Shown one piece after another: positions 1 to 9,300 of a stretch of 64,000 nt of DNA. The notes under the pieces were generated by a model. The model searched no databases, had not been told where the DNA came from, and saw nothing but the letters and a program-made list of their open reading frames with translations. Numbering within the stretch: the stretch's first letter is position 1; the number at the start of each line of letters is the position of its first letter. Both the position numbers and the translations under genes were made by a program. The DNA lies in the IMG/VR virus record IMGVR_UViG_3300031951_021456, positions 124,001 to 188,000 of that record; one strand, 5' to 3'.

Positions 1-120
1 CAGTTGAGCCGGGTTCAAAACCCTTTTGTAAGATTTTATCTCTACTTTCTTTAGATGTATAATGAGCAGTTCTTAAGATTCTCAGATTTTTTGCTTCTTC
101 AATGAATTCATTAAAGGTTT

Positions 121-618
121 TCATTCTATTCCTAAGCGTTGGGCTGCTCTATCCATTCTTGAAGCAAGTGTTCTTTTTTGGGCTTCCTTTTTCAAGATAT
201 CTGGATTTTCTCTTCTTTGTCTTGCATATTCTCGGTCGCTTTCAATTTGAGCTTTTCTTTCTTCAGCTCTTTTTCTTGCTTCTTCTCTTCTATCTTCAAT
301 GGCCTTTTGTCTTTGTGCTGAGCCTGGTATTTTTTGATAGCCTCTTACAGTTGCTCTAGTGGCTTCAATTGCCTCAAGAATATTTGAGAACCATTGTTCA
401 CTCATAACATCTGCAATTACCTCAGCACTTTCAAGTGACTTTGCAAAGCCCTCATTGACAAGATATTCTTTTACCAGCTTTGCTCTATCTTTTCTTATCC
501 CCATTAGCTCTTGTTCAGTTTGAGCCTTATTGGTTTGATTTTTTCTTGGGGGATTTTTTAGACTATTGGAGCGTCTTTCAATGGCTCTTTTTAGTTCTTC
601 GTAGCTTTTTGTGTCCAT
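121..618 (-). CDS. Putative late/internal head protein, paralog family member (EYLxxEGF...MSExW motif)
   Basis: VKEYLVNEGFAKSLESAEVIADVMSEQWFSNILE matches the motif in 2388..2957 and 3045..3866; ATAAATA box 14 nt upstream; charged C-terminus. Confidence 0.6.
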   Translation of the reverse strand: MDTKSYEELKRAIERRSNSLKNPPRKNQTNKAQTEQELMGIRKDRAKLVKEYLVNEGFAKSLESAEVIADVMSEQWFSNILEAIEATRATVRGYQKIPGSAQRQKAIEDRREEARKRAEERKAQIESDREYARQRRENPDILKKEAQKRTLASRMDRAAQRLGIE

Positions 619-631
619 GAGTTTTTGCTAC

Positions 632-638
632 TATTTAT
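632..638 (-). promoter_or_regulatory. T4-type late promoter box ATAAATA
   Basis: tatttat on + strand, upstream of the ATG at 618. Confidence 0.55.
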
Positions 639-679
639 CTTACCTAGATAGTGCGCTACAAATTAAACATGAAATAATT

Positions 680-1513
680 ATGGCAAAAGGCTTTCAAATT
701 AAGGCGCGGGAAACGATGGAAGTTCCAACTTGGGACTATGAACGAATTAAACAGAAGATGCAGGGTAAGACCATTGTATTATGTCTTCCGGGAAGAAGCT
801 GCTCTTATAGTTTTTTGAAGAGTTTTGTTCAACTCTGTTTTGAACTGGCTGGGAATAATATGAAATTTCATATCAGTCAAGACTATAGCAGTATGGTGAA
901 CTTTGCTCGCTGTAAGGTATTGGGTGCTAATGTTTTGGCTGGACCTAATCAGAAGCCTTGGCAGGGGCAGCTAGATTATGATTATCAACTTTGGATTGAT
1001 AGTGATATTGCATTTAACCCTGAAAACTTTTGGCAGCTCTGTGATCTTGCTCTTCCAGATGATGCTGTTTCGTATGAAGAAGTTCTTAATGATTCTGGGG
1101 AACTTTTAGGTCATCGTCAGATCATTGATGAATCTAAAACTCATCCTATTTCATCTGGTTGGTATTCAACAGAGGATAGAGTTCATACAGCTTGTGCATT
1201 TTGGCTAGAGGCTGATGAGTTTCGCAAAAATGGTGGTGTTATGAATATGGAAAAGATTGATACTATGCTTGCTCGTAAAAAACCATTTACATGTGATTAT
1301 GTTGGTGGTGGGTGGCTTATGATTCAAAAGGGTGTCTTTGAGAATATGGAATATCCTTGGTGGCCTCCTATGCTACAAACCTTTGAAAATGGAGCAATTG
1401 TTGATTTTTGCGGTGAAGATGTTGGATTCTGTTTGAAGGCCAAAGAAAAAGGCTTTAAAATCTGGGTTGATCCTAGAATTCGCGTTGGACATGAAAAAAC
1501 CTTTCCTATCTAA
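680..1513 (+). CDS. GT-A fold glycosyltransferase-like protein
   Basis: LWIDSD (DxD-type) and CGEDVGFC motifs, RVGHEK end; likely start ATG at 680 (MAKGF) because the 611 start overlaps the opposite gene and its promoter. Confidence 0.65.
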   Translation: MAKGFQIKARETMEVPTWDYERIKQKMQGKTIVLCLPGRSCSYSFLKSFVQLCFELAGNNMKFHISQDYSSMVNFARCKVLGANVLAGPNQKPWQGQLDYDYQLWIDSDIAFNPENFWQLCDLALPDDAVSYEEVLNDSGELLGHRQIIDESKTHPISSGWYSTEDRVHTACAFWLEADEFRKNGGVMNMEKIDTMLARKKPFTCDYVGGGWLMIQKGVFENMEYPWWPPMLQTFENGAIVDFCGEDVGFCLKAKEKGFKIWVDPRIRVGHEKTFPI

Positions 1514-1515
1514 TC

Positions 1516-1656
1516 ATGCTAAACATTCTATACGATGGCCGCATTATCCATCAACAAGTTACAGAAGAAGAAGCAGCGGCAATTCTTCTTGAATTAGCTG
1601 AACAAGCCTATAAAGGCGAAATTGATCAAGACAAAATAGACTTTGAATATCTTTAA
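1516..1656 (+). CDS. Small hypothetical protein (46 aa, below ORF-track cutoff)
   Basis: Hand translation MLNILYDGRIIHQQVTEEEAAAILLELAEQAYKGEIDQDKIDFEYL; starts 2 nt after upstream stop. Confidence 0.65.
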   Translation: MLNILYDGRIIHQQVTEEEAAAILLELAEQAYKGEIDQDKIDFEYL

Positions 1657-1668
1657 AGGAGAAAAACA

Positions 1669-1809
1669 ATGGCAGTAAAAGCAAAAACTAATGAACAACA
1701 AATTCATTCGAGACCAAAGAAATCCAGACAAGGAGATGGAAAGCATACAAAATTTGCAGCAACCTCAAGAAATGGTTCCCGAAAAAAGTCTCGCGGTCAG
1801 GGATGTTGA
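1669..1809 (+). CDS. Small basic protein (46 aa)
   Basis: AAGGAG RBS; MAVKAKTNEQQIHSRPKKSRQGDGKHTKFAATSRNGSRKKSRGQGC resembles a small basic protein I recall from cyanomyoviruses. Confidence 0.65.
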   Translation: MAVKAKTNEQQIHSRPKKSRQGDGKHTKFAATSRNGSRKKSRGQGC

Positions 1810-2224
1810 AGAATGGATTGAAAGAGTCTCTCAGTCTCGCCCAGAGCTGAGGGGCTTTTCTATATGTCCATTTGCAAAAACTGGAGTCTATAAAATCATT
1901 GAATGTCTAGCTAAAGACATTGAAATTGAGAATGGATTTGATGTGATCATTTATATCATTGAGGAATCAGATCTTGATAAGATCAATGAATGGGTGAATC
2001 ATTATAATAAAAAGTATGACGAATGGCTATTCTTTGAAGATTGTGCAACTTATGACACTTTTATTGGTGAGGTTCAGACCAATAATGGCAAGCACAATCT
2101 AATTCTTGCTCAACCAAAAGAGAAGCTAAGAAAATTTAGAGAGATCTTAAAGAAGACTTCCTACTATACTTTTTGGTCTAAGGAATATTATGATGAAATT
2201 ATGATTGATGACCAAAGAGCTTAA
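1772..2224 (+). CDS. Hypothetical protein
   Basis: RPELRGFSICPFAK segment; start uncertain because the track start at 1691 overlaps the small basic gene. Confidence 0.55.
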   Translation: MVPEKSLAVRDVEEWIERVSQSRPELRGFSICPFAKTGVYKIIECLAKDIEIENGFDVIIYIIEESDLDKINEWVNHYNKKYDEWLFFEDCATYDTFIGEVQTNNGKHNLILAQPKEKLRKFREILKKTSYYTFWSKEYYDEIMIDDQRA

Positions 2225-2339
2225 AATTGGAGCGGTCTTGATTAGTTCCTCTTTTTGGGGCTTTCTTTGCCTTTCTTGGCTTTGGTTTTTTCTCTTCCTC
2301 TTTTTCTGCTTCTTCTATAAATTGAATGAATGTTTTCAT
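2199..2339 (-). CDS. Small putative internal head protein with T4-like capsid targeting sequence
   Basis: Hand translation MKTFIQFIEEAEKEEEKKPKPRKAKKAPKRGTNQDRSNFKLFGHQS; N-terminus resembles T4 IP CTS MKTYQEFIAE. Confidence 0.55.
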   Translation of the reverse strand: MKTFIQFIEEAEKEEEKKPKPRKAKKAPKRGTNQDRSNFKLFGHQS

Positions 2340-2364
2340 TGAGATTCTTTATTTTAGGTTATTA

Positions 2365-2386
2365 AAAAAGCCCAGAGGGGCTTTTT
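2365..2386. terminator. Bidirectional intrinsic terminator
   Basis: AAAAAGCCC-agag-GGGCTTTTT hairpin just past the stop of 2388..2957. Confidence 0.7.
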
Positions 2387-2387
2387 C

Positions 2388-2957
2388 TTATTTTTGATAT
2401 TTTCCCGGCTCGTATTTGTGATTCATATTACCACGAGTTTTCTTTCCTTGTCTCAAACTATGGCTAGTTGGACCACCATTACCTCTTTCCTTACGCTTCG
2501 TTTCCTTTTCATTATCAGAAAGGCCAGTATCACACTTAGCTTCATCAATAATACTTTCAACCCATTCTTCACTCATATGAGCCATCATTGCTTCTGCATT
2601 CTCTTGAGATTCACAGAAACCTTCATCTAAGAGATATTCAAGAACTAGATCAAAGTGGTCATATGATTCTTCAAATCCTCTACCTCTAATTTTAACTGAA
2701 GGATATTTGCCTTTATTCCATTCCTTATGACCTTTGGTAGGTTCATATCTATCACCGTGAATCCCATAATTGCCTCGTTCACCTCTTGCGTATTTGTGTT
2801 CTCTTTTTCTTTCTGTTGACCTCATACCCAGTCTTTCATCTCTCTTATTTACTTTTTCGGCTCTAGAAAGATTTTCATCTTCCTTTGCTTCATCAATACT
2901 TTCATCATAAACATTCCTATAAGCTTCATATAAATCAGACAAATCTTTAGTTGACAT
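2388..2957 (-). CDS. Putative late/internal head protein, paralog family member
   Basis: N-term MSTKDLSDLYEAYRNVYDE; core DLVLEYLLDEGFCESQENAEAMMAHMSEEWVESIIDE. Confidence 0.65.
   Translation of the reverse strand: MSTKDLSDLYEAYRNVYDESIDEAKEDENLSRAEKVNKRDERLGMRSTERKREHKYARGERGNYGIHGDRYEPTKGHKEWNKGKYPSVKIRGRGFEESYDHFDLVLEYLLDEGFCESQENAEAMMAHMSEEWVESIIDEAKCDTGLSDNEKETKRKERGNGGPTSHSLRQGKKTRGNMNHKYEPGKYQK
2545..2652. repeat. 108-bp dispersed repeat, copy 1 (copy 2 at 3373..3480)
   Basis: Near-identical DNA, including tcaacccattcttcactcatatgagccatcattgc, encoding the shared motif. Confidence 0.85.
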
Positions 2958-2980
2958 TTTAAAATATGGAGAATCTCTAT

Positions 2981-2987
2981 TATTTAT
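2981..2987 (-). promoter_or_regulatory. T4-type late promoter box ATAAATA
   Basis: Upstream of the ATG at 2957. Confidence 0.55.
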
Positions 2988-3000
2988 GGATTGTTACTAA

Positions 3001-3031
3001 AAAGCCCAGGTTCTTTAAGTTCCTGGGTTTT
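3001..3031. terminator. Intrinsic terminator hairpin
   Basis: AAAGCCCAGG-11 nt-CCTGGGTTTT past the stop of 3045..3866. Confidence 0.6.
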
Positions 3032-3044
3032 CTTATTATCAATA

Positions 3045-3866
3045 TTATTCCATATTTTTCAATCTGCGGTTTAATTCATTTCTTTTAGTTATAGTTTTTG
3101 CTGTTTTATCTATAGAAGTGTGCATTAAAGCATCTGAGGCATTTCCTAAGAGTTCTTTTTTATTTAAACCCTTAGGATTATGATGATATTTATCTAAAAA
3201 TTTCTTTGCATTTTTATAGGAGCGAGAAAATCTTCTCAATGGTTTTGGAAGACTTTCTAATCTTTTTTTATATTTGCGGCCAGCCGCCATATCTCTATCC
3301 CGGTCAGACAGATTTTTTTCTATGGCATTTTCTACCCTTTCTCGTTTTTCTTGAGATAATGGCACAAACCCTTCAATAATACTCTCAACCCATTCTTCAC
3401 TCATATGAGCCATCATTGCCTCAGCATTTTCTTGAGAGTCACAGAGACCTTCATCAATTAAATAATCAAGAACTAGATCATAGTAATCATAAGAATCCAT
3501 CCAACCACTCTGCCTCATATCACGCTCAGCATCCCTTTTTGCTGGCCCTATTCTTTTATTTTCTGCAGATTTTGCTTTGGAAACCCCAGAATTAGATTTC
3601 AATAGGGTTTTAACAATTTTTTCTGATCTTTTCGGATCTGTTTGGGCGATTTTATCAATTTGATTGGTTATTCTTTTCCCTCTTCGGTCACGTCCATGAG
3701 GAAAATTCCACTTAGCCTCTATACCCCGAGACTTATCTCTATCAGATGAATCATAGGTATCAGGACGTTGAACACCTAGATGTTCATATCCTTCTTCAAC
3801 GTCTTCACTCTCATTATACACATCCAGGTAAGCTTCATATAAACCAGATATATCTTTTAAGTCCAT
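3045..3866 (-). CDS. Putative late/internal head protein, paralog family member
   Basis: N-term MDLKDISGLYEAYLDVYNE; core DLVLDYLIDEGLCDSQENAEAMMAHMSEEWVESIIE. Confidence 0.65.
   Translation of the reverse strand: MDLKDISGLYEAYLDVYNESEDVEEGYEHLGVQRPDTYDSSDRDKSRGIEAKWNFPHGRDRRGKRITNQIDKIAQTDPKRSEKIVKTLLKSNSGVSKAKSAENKRIGPAKRDAERDMRQSGWMDSYDYYDLVLDYLIDEGLCDSQENAEAMMAHMSEEWVESIIEGFVPLSQEKRERVENAIEKNLSDRDRDMAAGRKYKKRLESLPKPLRRFSRSYKNAKKFLDKYHHNPKGLNKKELLGNASDALMHTSIDKTAKTITKRNELNRRLKNME
3373..3480. repeat. 108-bp dispersed repeat, copy 2
   Basis: Aligns without gaps to 2545..2652. Confidence 0.85.
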
Positions 3867-3888
3867 TTTATTTTAAACTTTGTTCAAT

Positions 3889-3912
3889 TATTTATGTAAG
3901 CATGAATAAATA
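3889..3912. promoter_or_regulatory. Divergent pair of late promoter boxes
   Basis: ATAAATA on - strand (3889-3895) before gene 3866 and on + strand (3906-3912) before gene 3935. Confidence 0.55.
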
Positions 3913-3934
3913 GTAGACACCAGTTATATTAAAA

Positions 3935-4060
3935 ATGGAAACTAAAAAACTAATTCGTGAAATTGAAACTGAAGAATTTATTGAAGAATCTCTTGATGAA
4001 GAGACTGAACTCTTTGAACGTAAAGCACAAAAAGATAGAGATAAGGTCATTCTTGGTTGA
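3935..4060 (+). CDS. Small acidic hypothetical protein (41 aa)
   Basis: METKKLIREIETEEFIEESLDEETELFERKAQKDRDKVILG; follows a late box. Confidence 0.5.
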   Translation: METKKLIREIETEEFIEESLDEETELFERKAQKDRDKVILG

Positions 4061-4066
4061 TAAATA
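4060..4066 (+). promoter_or_regulatory. Late promoter box ATAAATA for baseplate operon
   Basis: 20 nt upstream of gp25 ATG. Confidence 0.55.
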
Positions 4067-4086
4067 TCTATATTAATATAATCTAA

Positions 4087-4488
4087 ATGCCCGTAGAAAG
4101 AGTAAGTCAATCATTTAAGGATATTTCTGGATCATTTAAAGTCAATCCTTTGACTAATGATTTAATTTCTATTACAAATGAAACTGCAATTGCTCGTTCA
4201 GTAAGAAATTTAGTATATACAGTTCGTGGGGAGAGATTCTTTCAGAGTAATCTTGGTTGCAACTTAACTCAACTTCTCTTTGAGAATATTACACCATCAG
4301 CAACATCTCAAATAAAAACTGAGATTGAAAATACAGTTAATAATTATGAGCCAAGAGTATCTCTGTCGGCTGTTGATGTAACACCAGATTATGATAATTA
4401 TTCTTATAATGTAGTCATTCAATATATTATTATTGGAATTGATGCTCTACCACAACAATTAACATTTGCTCTCCAACCTACAAGATAA
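4087..4488 (+). CDS. gp25: Baseplate wedge subunit gp25
   Basis: AIARSVRNLVYTVRGERFF and NYEPRV gp25/gpW motifs. Confidence 0.92.
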   Translation: MPVERVSQSFKDISGSFKVNPLTNDLISITNETAIARSVRNLVYTVRGERFFQSNLGCNLTQLLFENITPSATSQIKTEIENTVNNYEPRVSLSAVDVTPDYDNYSYNVVIQYIIIGIDALPQQLTFALQPTR

Positions 4489-6386
4489 TGGCAAGTTCTC
4501 CAATCGTTAATTTTACAAATTTAGATTACGATCAGATAAGAGCTTCTTTACAGGATTATCTGAGGGCTAATTCTAATTTTACAGATTATGATTTTGAGGG
4601 ATCAAATCTTTCTGTTATTGTTGATGTTTTAGCATATAATACCTATACAAATGCTTTCATTGGAAATATGATTTCTAATGAAGTTTTTCTTGATAGCGCA
4701 ACTTTAAGAGAAAATGTTGTTTCTGCTGCAAGGGAAATTGGATATCTTCCAAGAAGTACAACTTCAGCTAGGGCTAATATTTCATTCTTTGTTGACACTT
4801 CATCCTTTTCATATAGACCTGTTTCATTAACACTTAAAAAGGGACTTGTCTGCTCTTCATCTTCATTTGGAAATGAATCCTATACATTTGCCATACCGAA
4901 TGATATTACAGTTCCAGTTGTAAATGATATAGCTTCATTTGATAACATTGAAATTATTGAAGGTTCATTCATTGTCAATTCATTTACAGTAGAATCCATA
5001 AATCCTTCCCCACCACAAAGATTTATTCTTGATAATCCAAACATTGATACCTCATCTCTTTCAGTTATTGTAAGGGATAGTTCAACTTCAATGATGGGCA
5101 TAAAGTATGTTTTTGCTGACAATCTTCTCAATGTAAATGCAAACTCTAAAATATATTTTCTTCAAGAGGTTGAAGATCAGAGATATGAACTCATCTTCGG
5201 TGATGGTGTATTCGGTGTGTCACTTAAAAGTCAGAATTTAATTGAGGCATCTTATATAACATCAAATGCATCAAAAGCTAATGGAGTTTCTTTCTTTTCA
5301 TTCATTGGTAGAATACTAGACAACAATGAAAATTCCATAACATCTGGAATTTCTCTTATCACTACAAATATTAATGCTTCTGGTGGTAAGGAGCTTGAAT
5401 CTATAAGTTCAATAAGAAATCTAGCACCCAAAAATTATGCAGCTCAGGGCAGATGTGTAACCCCCGAAGATTATGAAGCAATTATCCCTAGAATTTACCC
5501 TGAAGCAGAAAGTGTTTCTGCATATGGTGGAGAAACAATGAATCCACCCCAATTCGGTAAAGTGTTTATAACAATAAAGCCATTCTATGGTGATTTCGTT
5601 CCAAATAGTATCAAAGAAAATCTAATACAAAAACTACGAAGATATACGGTGAGTGGTATTCTTCCAGAAATTATTGATATGAAATATCTTTATATTGAGC
5701 ATCTTACAAGTGTTTATTTTAATCCAAATCTTGCTCAATCCGCAGAATATGTTAAAACTTTAGTAGCGAATAATATTCTCAGCTATTCAAAATCTTCAGA
5801 ACTAAACAATTATTCTGCAAGATTTAAATATAGTAGATTTCAAAAACTCATTGATGATAGTCATGCCTCAATTACTTCTAATATAACAAGAATACAAATT
5901 AGGCGCGATCTGAAAGCTACTCTCAATTCATTTGCAAATTATGAAGTATGCTTTGGAAATTCATTTCACATTAAAGACTCCAGTGGCTTTAATATTAAAT
6001 CTTCAGGTTTTGTTGTGAGTGGAATTTCAGATGTTGTTTATTTGACAGATTCTACAGATGGTGTTTTGATATTATTCAAAAATCCTGAAAACCCGACAAT
6101 TGTAAATAAAAATGTTGGTTCTATTAATTATTCTAAAGGTGAGATCAAAATTAGTTCTATAAATATTTTATCAACCTTAAAGAAAAAAGGTAATGAGAGT
6201 ATTGTTGAAATTTCTGCAATACCTAAATCAAATGATGTTATTGGACTTCAAGATTTGTACCTCCAACTAGACCAAAATAATTCAACTATAGATATGTTAA
6301 TGGATGATATTTCATCCGGTGGAGATATTTCGGGCACAACTTTTATTTCCTCTTCTAGTTACATTAACGGAGATCGCGTAAGATAA
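4488..6386 (+). CDS. gp6: Baseplate wedge subunit gp6
   Basis: NFTNLDYDQI, FTDYDFEGSNL, FLDSATLRENVVS, YELIFGDG, QGRCVTPEDY motifs; follows gp25. Confidence 0.92.
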   Translation: MASSPIVNFTNLDYDQIRASLQDYLRANSNFTDYDFEGSNLSVIVDVLAYNTYTNAFIGNMISNEVFLDSATLRENVVSAAREIGYLPRSTTSARANISFFVDTSSFSYRPVSLTLKKGLVCSSSSFGNESYTFAIPNDITVPVVNDIASFDNIEIIEGSFIVNSFTVESINPSPPQRFILDNPNIDTSSLSVIVRDSSTSMMGIKYVFADNLLNVNANSKIYFLQEVEDQRYELIFGDGVFGVSLKSQNLIEASYITSNASKANGVSFFSFIGRILDNNENSITSGISLITTNINASGGKELESISSIRNLAPKNYAAQGRCVTPEDYEAIIPRIYPEAESVSAYGGETMNPPQFGKVFITIKPFYGDFVPNSIKENLIQKLRRYTVSGILPEIIDMKYLYIEHLTSVYFNPNLAQSAEYVKTLVANNILSYSKSSELNNYSARFKYSRFQKLIDDSHASITSNITRIQIRRDLKATLNSFANYEVCFGNSFHIKDSSGFNIKSSGFVVSGISDVVYLTDSTDGVLILFKNPENPTIVNKNVGSINYSKGEIKISSINILSTLKKKGNESIVEISAIPKSNDVIGLQDLYLQLDQNNSTIDMLMDDISSGGDISGTTFISSSSYINGDRVR

Positions 6387-9300
6387 ATGAAAGTCAAAAT
6401 AAGTTCCATTGTTGATAATCAGTTTCCAGAATTTCTTAGAGATGAATCCCCACTTCTTGTGGAGTTTATTAAACAATATTTCATTTCTCAAGAAGTAAAG
6501 GGAGCATCCATTGATTTAATTACTAATTTAGATGAATATACAAAGGTTGAAAATCTTACAAATCAAATAGAAACCACTACACTATTAGAAGACATTTCTT
6601 TTGATGATTCAGTAATATTTGTCAATTCAACTAATGGATTTCCAGATACATATGGTCTATTAAAAATTGATTCTGAGATTATAACATATACAGCTAAAAC
6701 TGAAACTACTTTCACTGGTTGTGTAAGGGGATTTAGTGGAATTTATAATGATCAATTTGAATTTACTGTAACTGAGTCTAGCTCTCATATTACAGGTGCT
6801 ATTGTAGAAAATTTGAGCATTATTTTTCTACAAAAATTCTTAGAGAAAATTAAAAATCAATTGATTCCTGGATTTCAGGGACGAGAATTTACTGAAAATT
6901 TAAATCAAACAAATTTCATTCAAAAATCTAAAGGGTTCTATACAACCAAAGGTACTGATACCTCATTTCAAATTCTTTTTAATGCCCTTTATGGTGAGCC
7001 AGTTAAAGTCCTTAGACCGAGCGATTATCTCTTTACGCCATCTTCTGCTGAATACAGAGTTTCTAAAGATCTTGTTGTAGAAGCACTTTTCGGAGACCCT
7101 TTACTTCTTGAAAATGGAACCCTCTTTCAAGATGATCAAAATGGAAATAATATTGCAAAAGGATCTATTAGTAAAGTTGAACAAATTTTAAGAGGTGAAA
7201 AGATATATTATGTAATTAGTCTAGATTATGATTTCAATAAGGATATTAATGTTTCTGGATCAGTTTTTGGTGAATTTTATATTCATGCAAAAACAAAAAT
7301 TACATCGGATGTTTTTGCAGATTCTGATATAATAGATGTAGATTCTACTGTTGGTTTTCAAAAATCTGGATCTTTATTAATTAATAATGAAGTCATCTCA
7401 TATACAAACAAATCCCTCACACAATTCTTAGGCTGCACAAACATTACTCAAAATTATTTAAAAGGTGTAGATGTAATCAATAATGATTTTGCATATGGTT
7501 ATAGCAGAAATAATGCAATAGCGGTAAGAGTCTCTGGTGTTATTAATTCATTTAAAGAAATTGAGAGTGCTAATAATTTAAATGTTGGAGATACTATTCG
7601 CATAAAATCTTTAGGTAAAACAAGCAGCGATATTCGCACTAAAAATTGGCTTTATAATTTACCAGTTAGTTATGAGGTTAAATCTATAGTCTTACTGGAT
7701 TTAACTTCTAACAAATATGAACTAGAAACATTTGATGAAAATATTATAAATGCTGGAGATTATATTGATATTGTATATAAAAATGGAAGCATAATTTCAA
7801 CATCAATATTGTCAAGAATAAATGAAAGAGCTTTTGTCATTCAGGGGCAAAATTCATTGGAACTTTCAAATATTAATTATATTGAAAGAAGAATAAGCAA
7901 AGCAAATTTCTCTAACTTTCCCGAAATTTCTTCCACTTCAACGAATGTTCAAAATGTTTATTCTAATGATGAAGATGTTTTTGTTGCTGCTTCTTCAATT
8001 CCAAATTACTTTAGTGATTCTATCACTATAACTGATGGAAGCTTAAAAATTACAGAAAATATAACTGGATTTTCTATTTCAAAAGAAAATCATGGATTTT
8101 TAACTGGTGATGTGGTTGTATATAATTTTACTGGAAATAACAATCATTTAGGAATATCAAAAGGGACATATTATATAAAAAGAAATTCTAATGATTCTAT
8201 TTCATTATCAACAAGTCGTGCTAATTTAGTTTCAAATTCTCTAATAAAATTTTCCGGTTCTGCTATAGGTGGACAGAGCACATTAGAATACAACGACTTT
8301 TCCTCTAAATCACTTAAAAATCAAAAATTAATCCGAAAAATACCAGCCAAAACTCTTGCAAATGAATCCATAGAAACTCCAATTGGTAATATTGGAATTT
8401 TTAATAATGGTGTTGAAATTTGTAATTATAAATCTAAGGATGTAGTCTTTTATGGACCAGTTCAATCTTTGGATGTGGTTTCTCCAGGTTTAGATTATGA
8501 TGTGATTAATCCACCCTTAATTATAACAACAGACCCTATTGCTTCTGGGTTAATTGCTAATTGTGAAATTAAGGGGTATCTTAAAGAGATTCGCATTTTA
8601 GATCGGGGTTTAGATTTTACTGAAGAACCATCAGTTCAAATTACTGGAGGAAATGGTGAAGGAGCTAGAGCCAAAGTTGAATTAGGGTCATTTGAACACT
8701 ATGCTACTTTTGAGTCTTCAAATATTTTAAATAATGTCATTAGTTTCACTAAGTATCATGGCTTTAAGACTGCTGAAAAAATAATTTACAAGCCAGATGG
8801 AATTTCTAGAGTTATTGGAATAACTACAGACTCTGAATATTTTGCTTCATCTGTAACAGATTTTAGTATTAAATTGTATAAAACTTATGATGATGCTATT
8901 TCAGGTATCAATACTATTTCAATCTCTTATAATGGATATGCAAAGCATAGACTCATCTCTTCTCAACCTAAAACTAAAATTTCTGATATTGTCATAACAA
9001 GTTCTGGCAAAAATTATACAAATAGAAAAATATCGGTGCTTTCTAGCGGAATTACCACTACAAATAATACGATAAACCGAACTGATCATGGATTCAAAAC
9101 TGGAGAAAAAATAGTATATGAATCCTATTCAGGAACACCTATTGGTGGAATTTCAACTAATACTCCATATTTTGTAACAGCAGAAAAAGATTCTTTCAAA
9201 CTATCTAAAGTTGCAGAAGTTGGTATAGCCACATCTCAAGATTTTTACTTTAGAACAAATCAATATGTGAATCTCACTTCATCTGGAATTGGTACGCATT

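Noticed and set aside
5-28. GGGTTCAAAACCC resembling a tRNA T-arm at the window start
   Set aside because: Only a 3-bp stem around the 7-nt loop, no acceptor stem or CCA; followed by a T run, so more like a weak terminator or chance.
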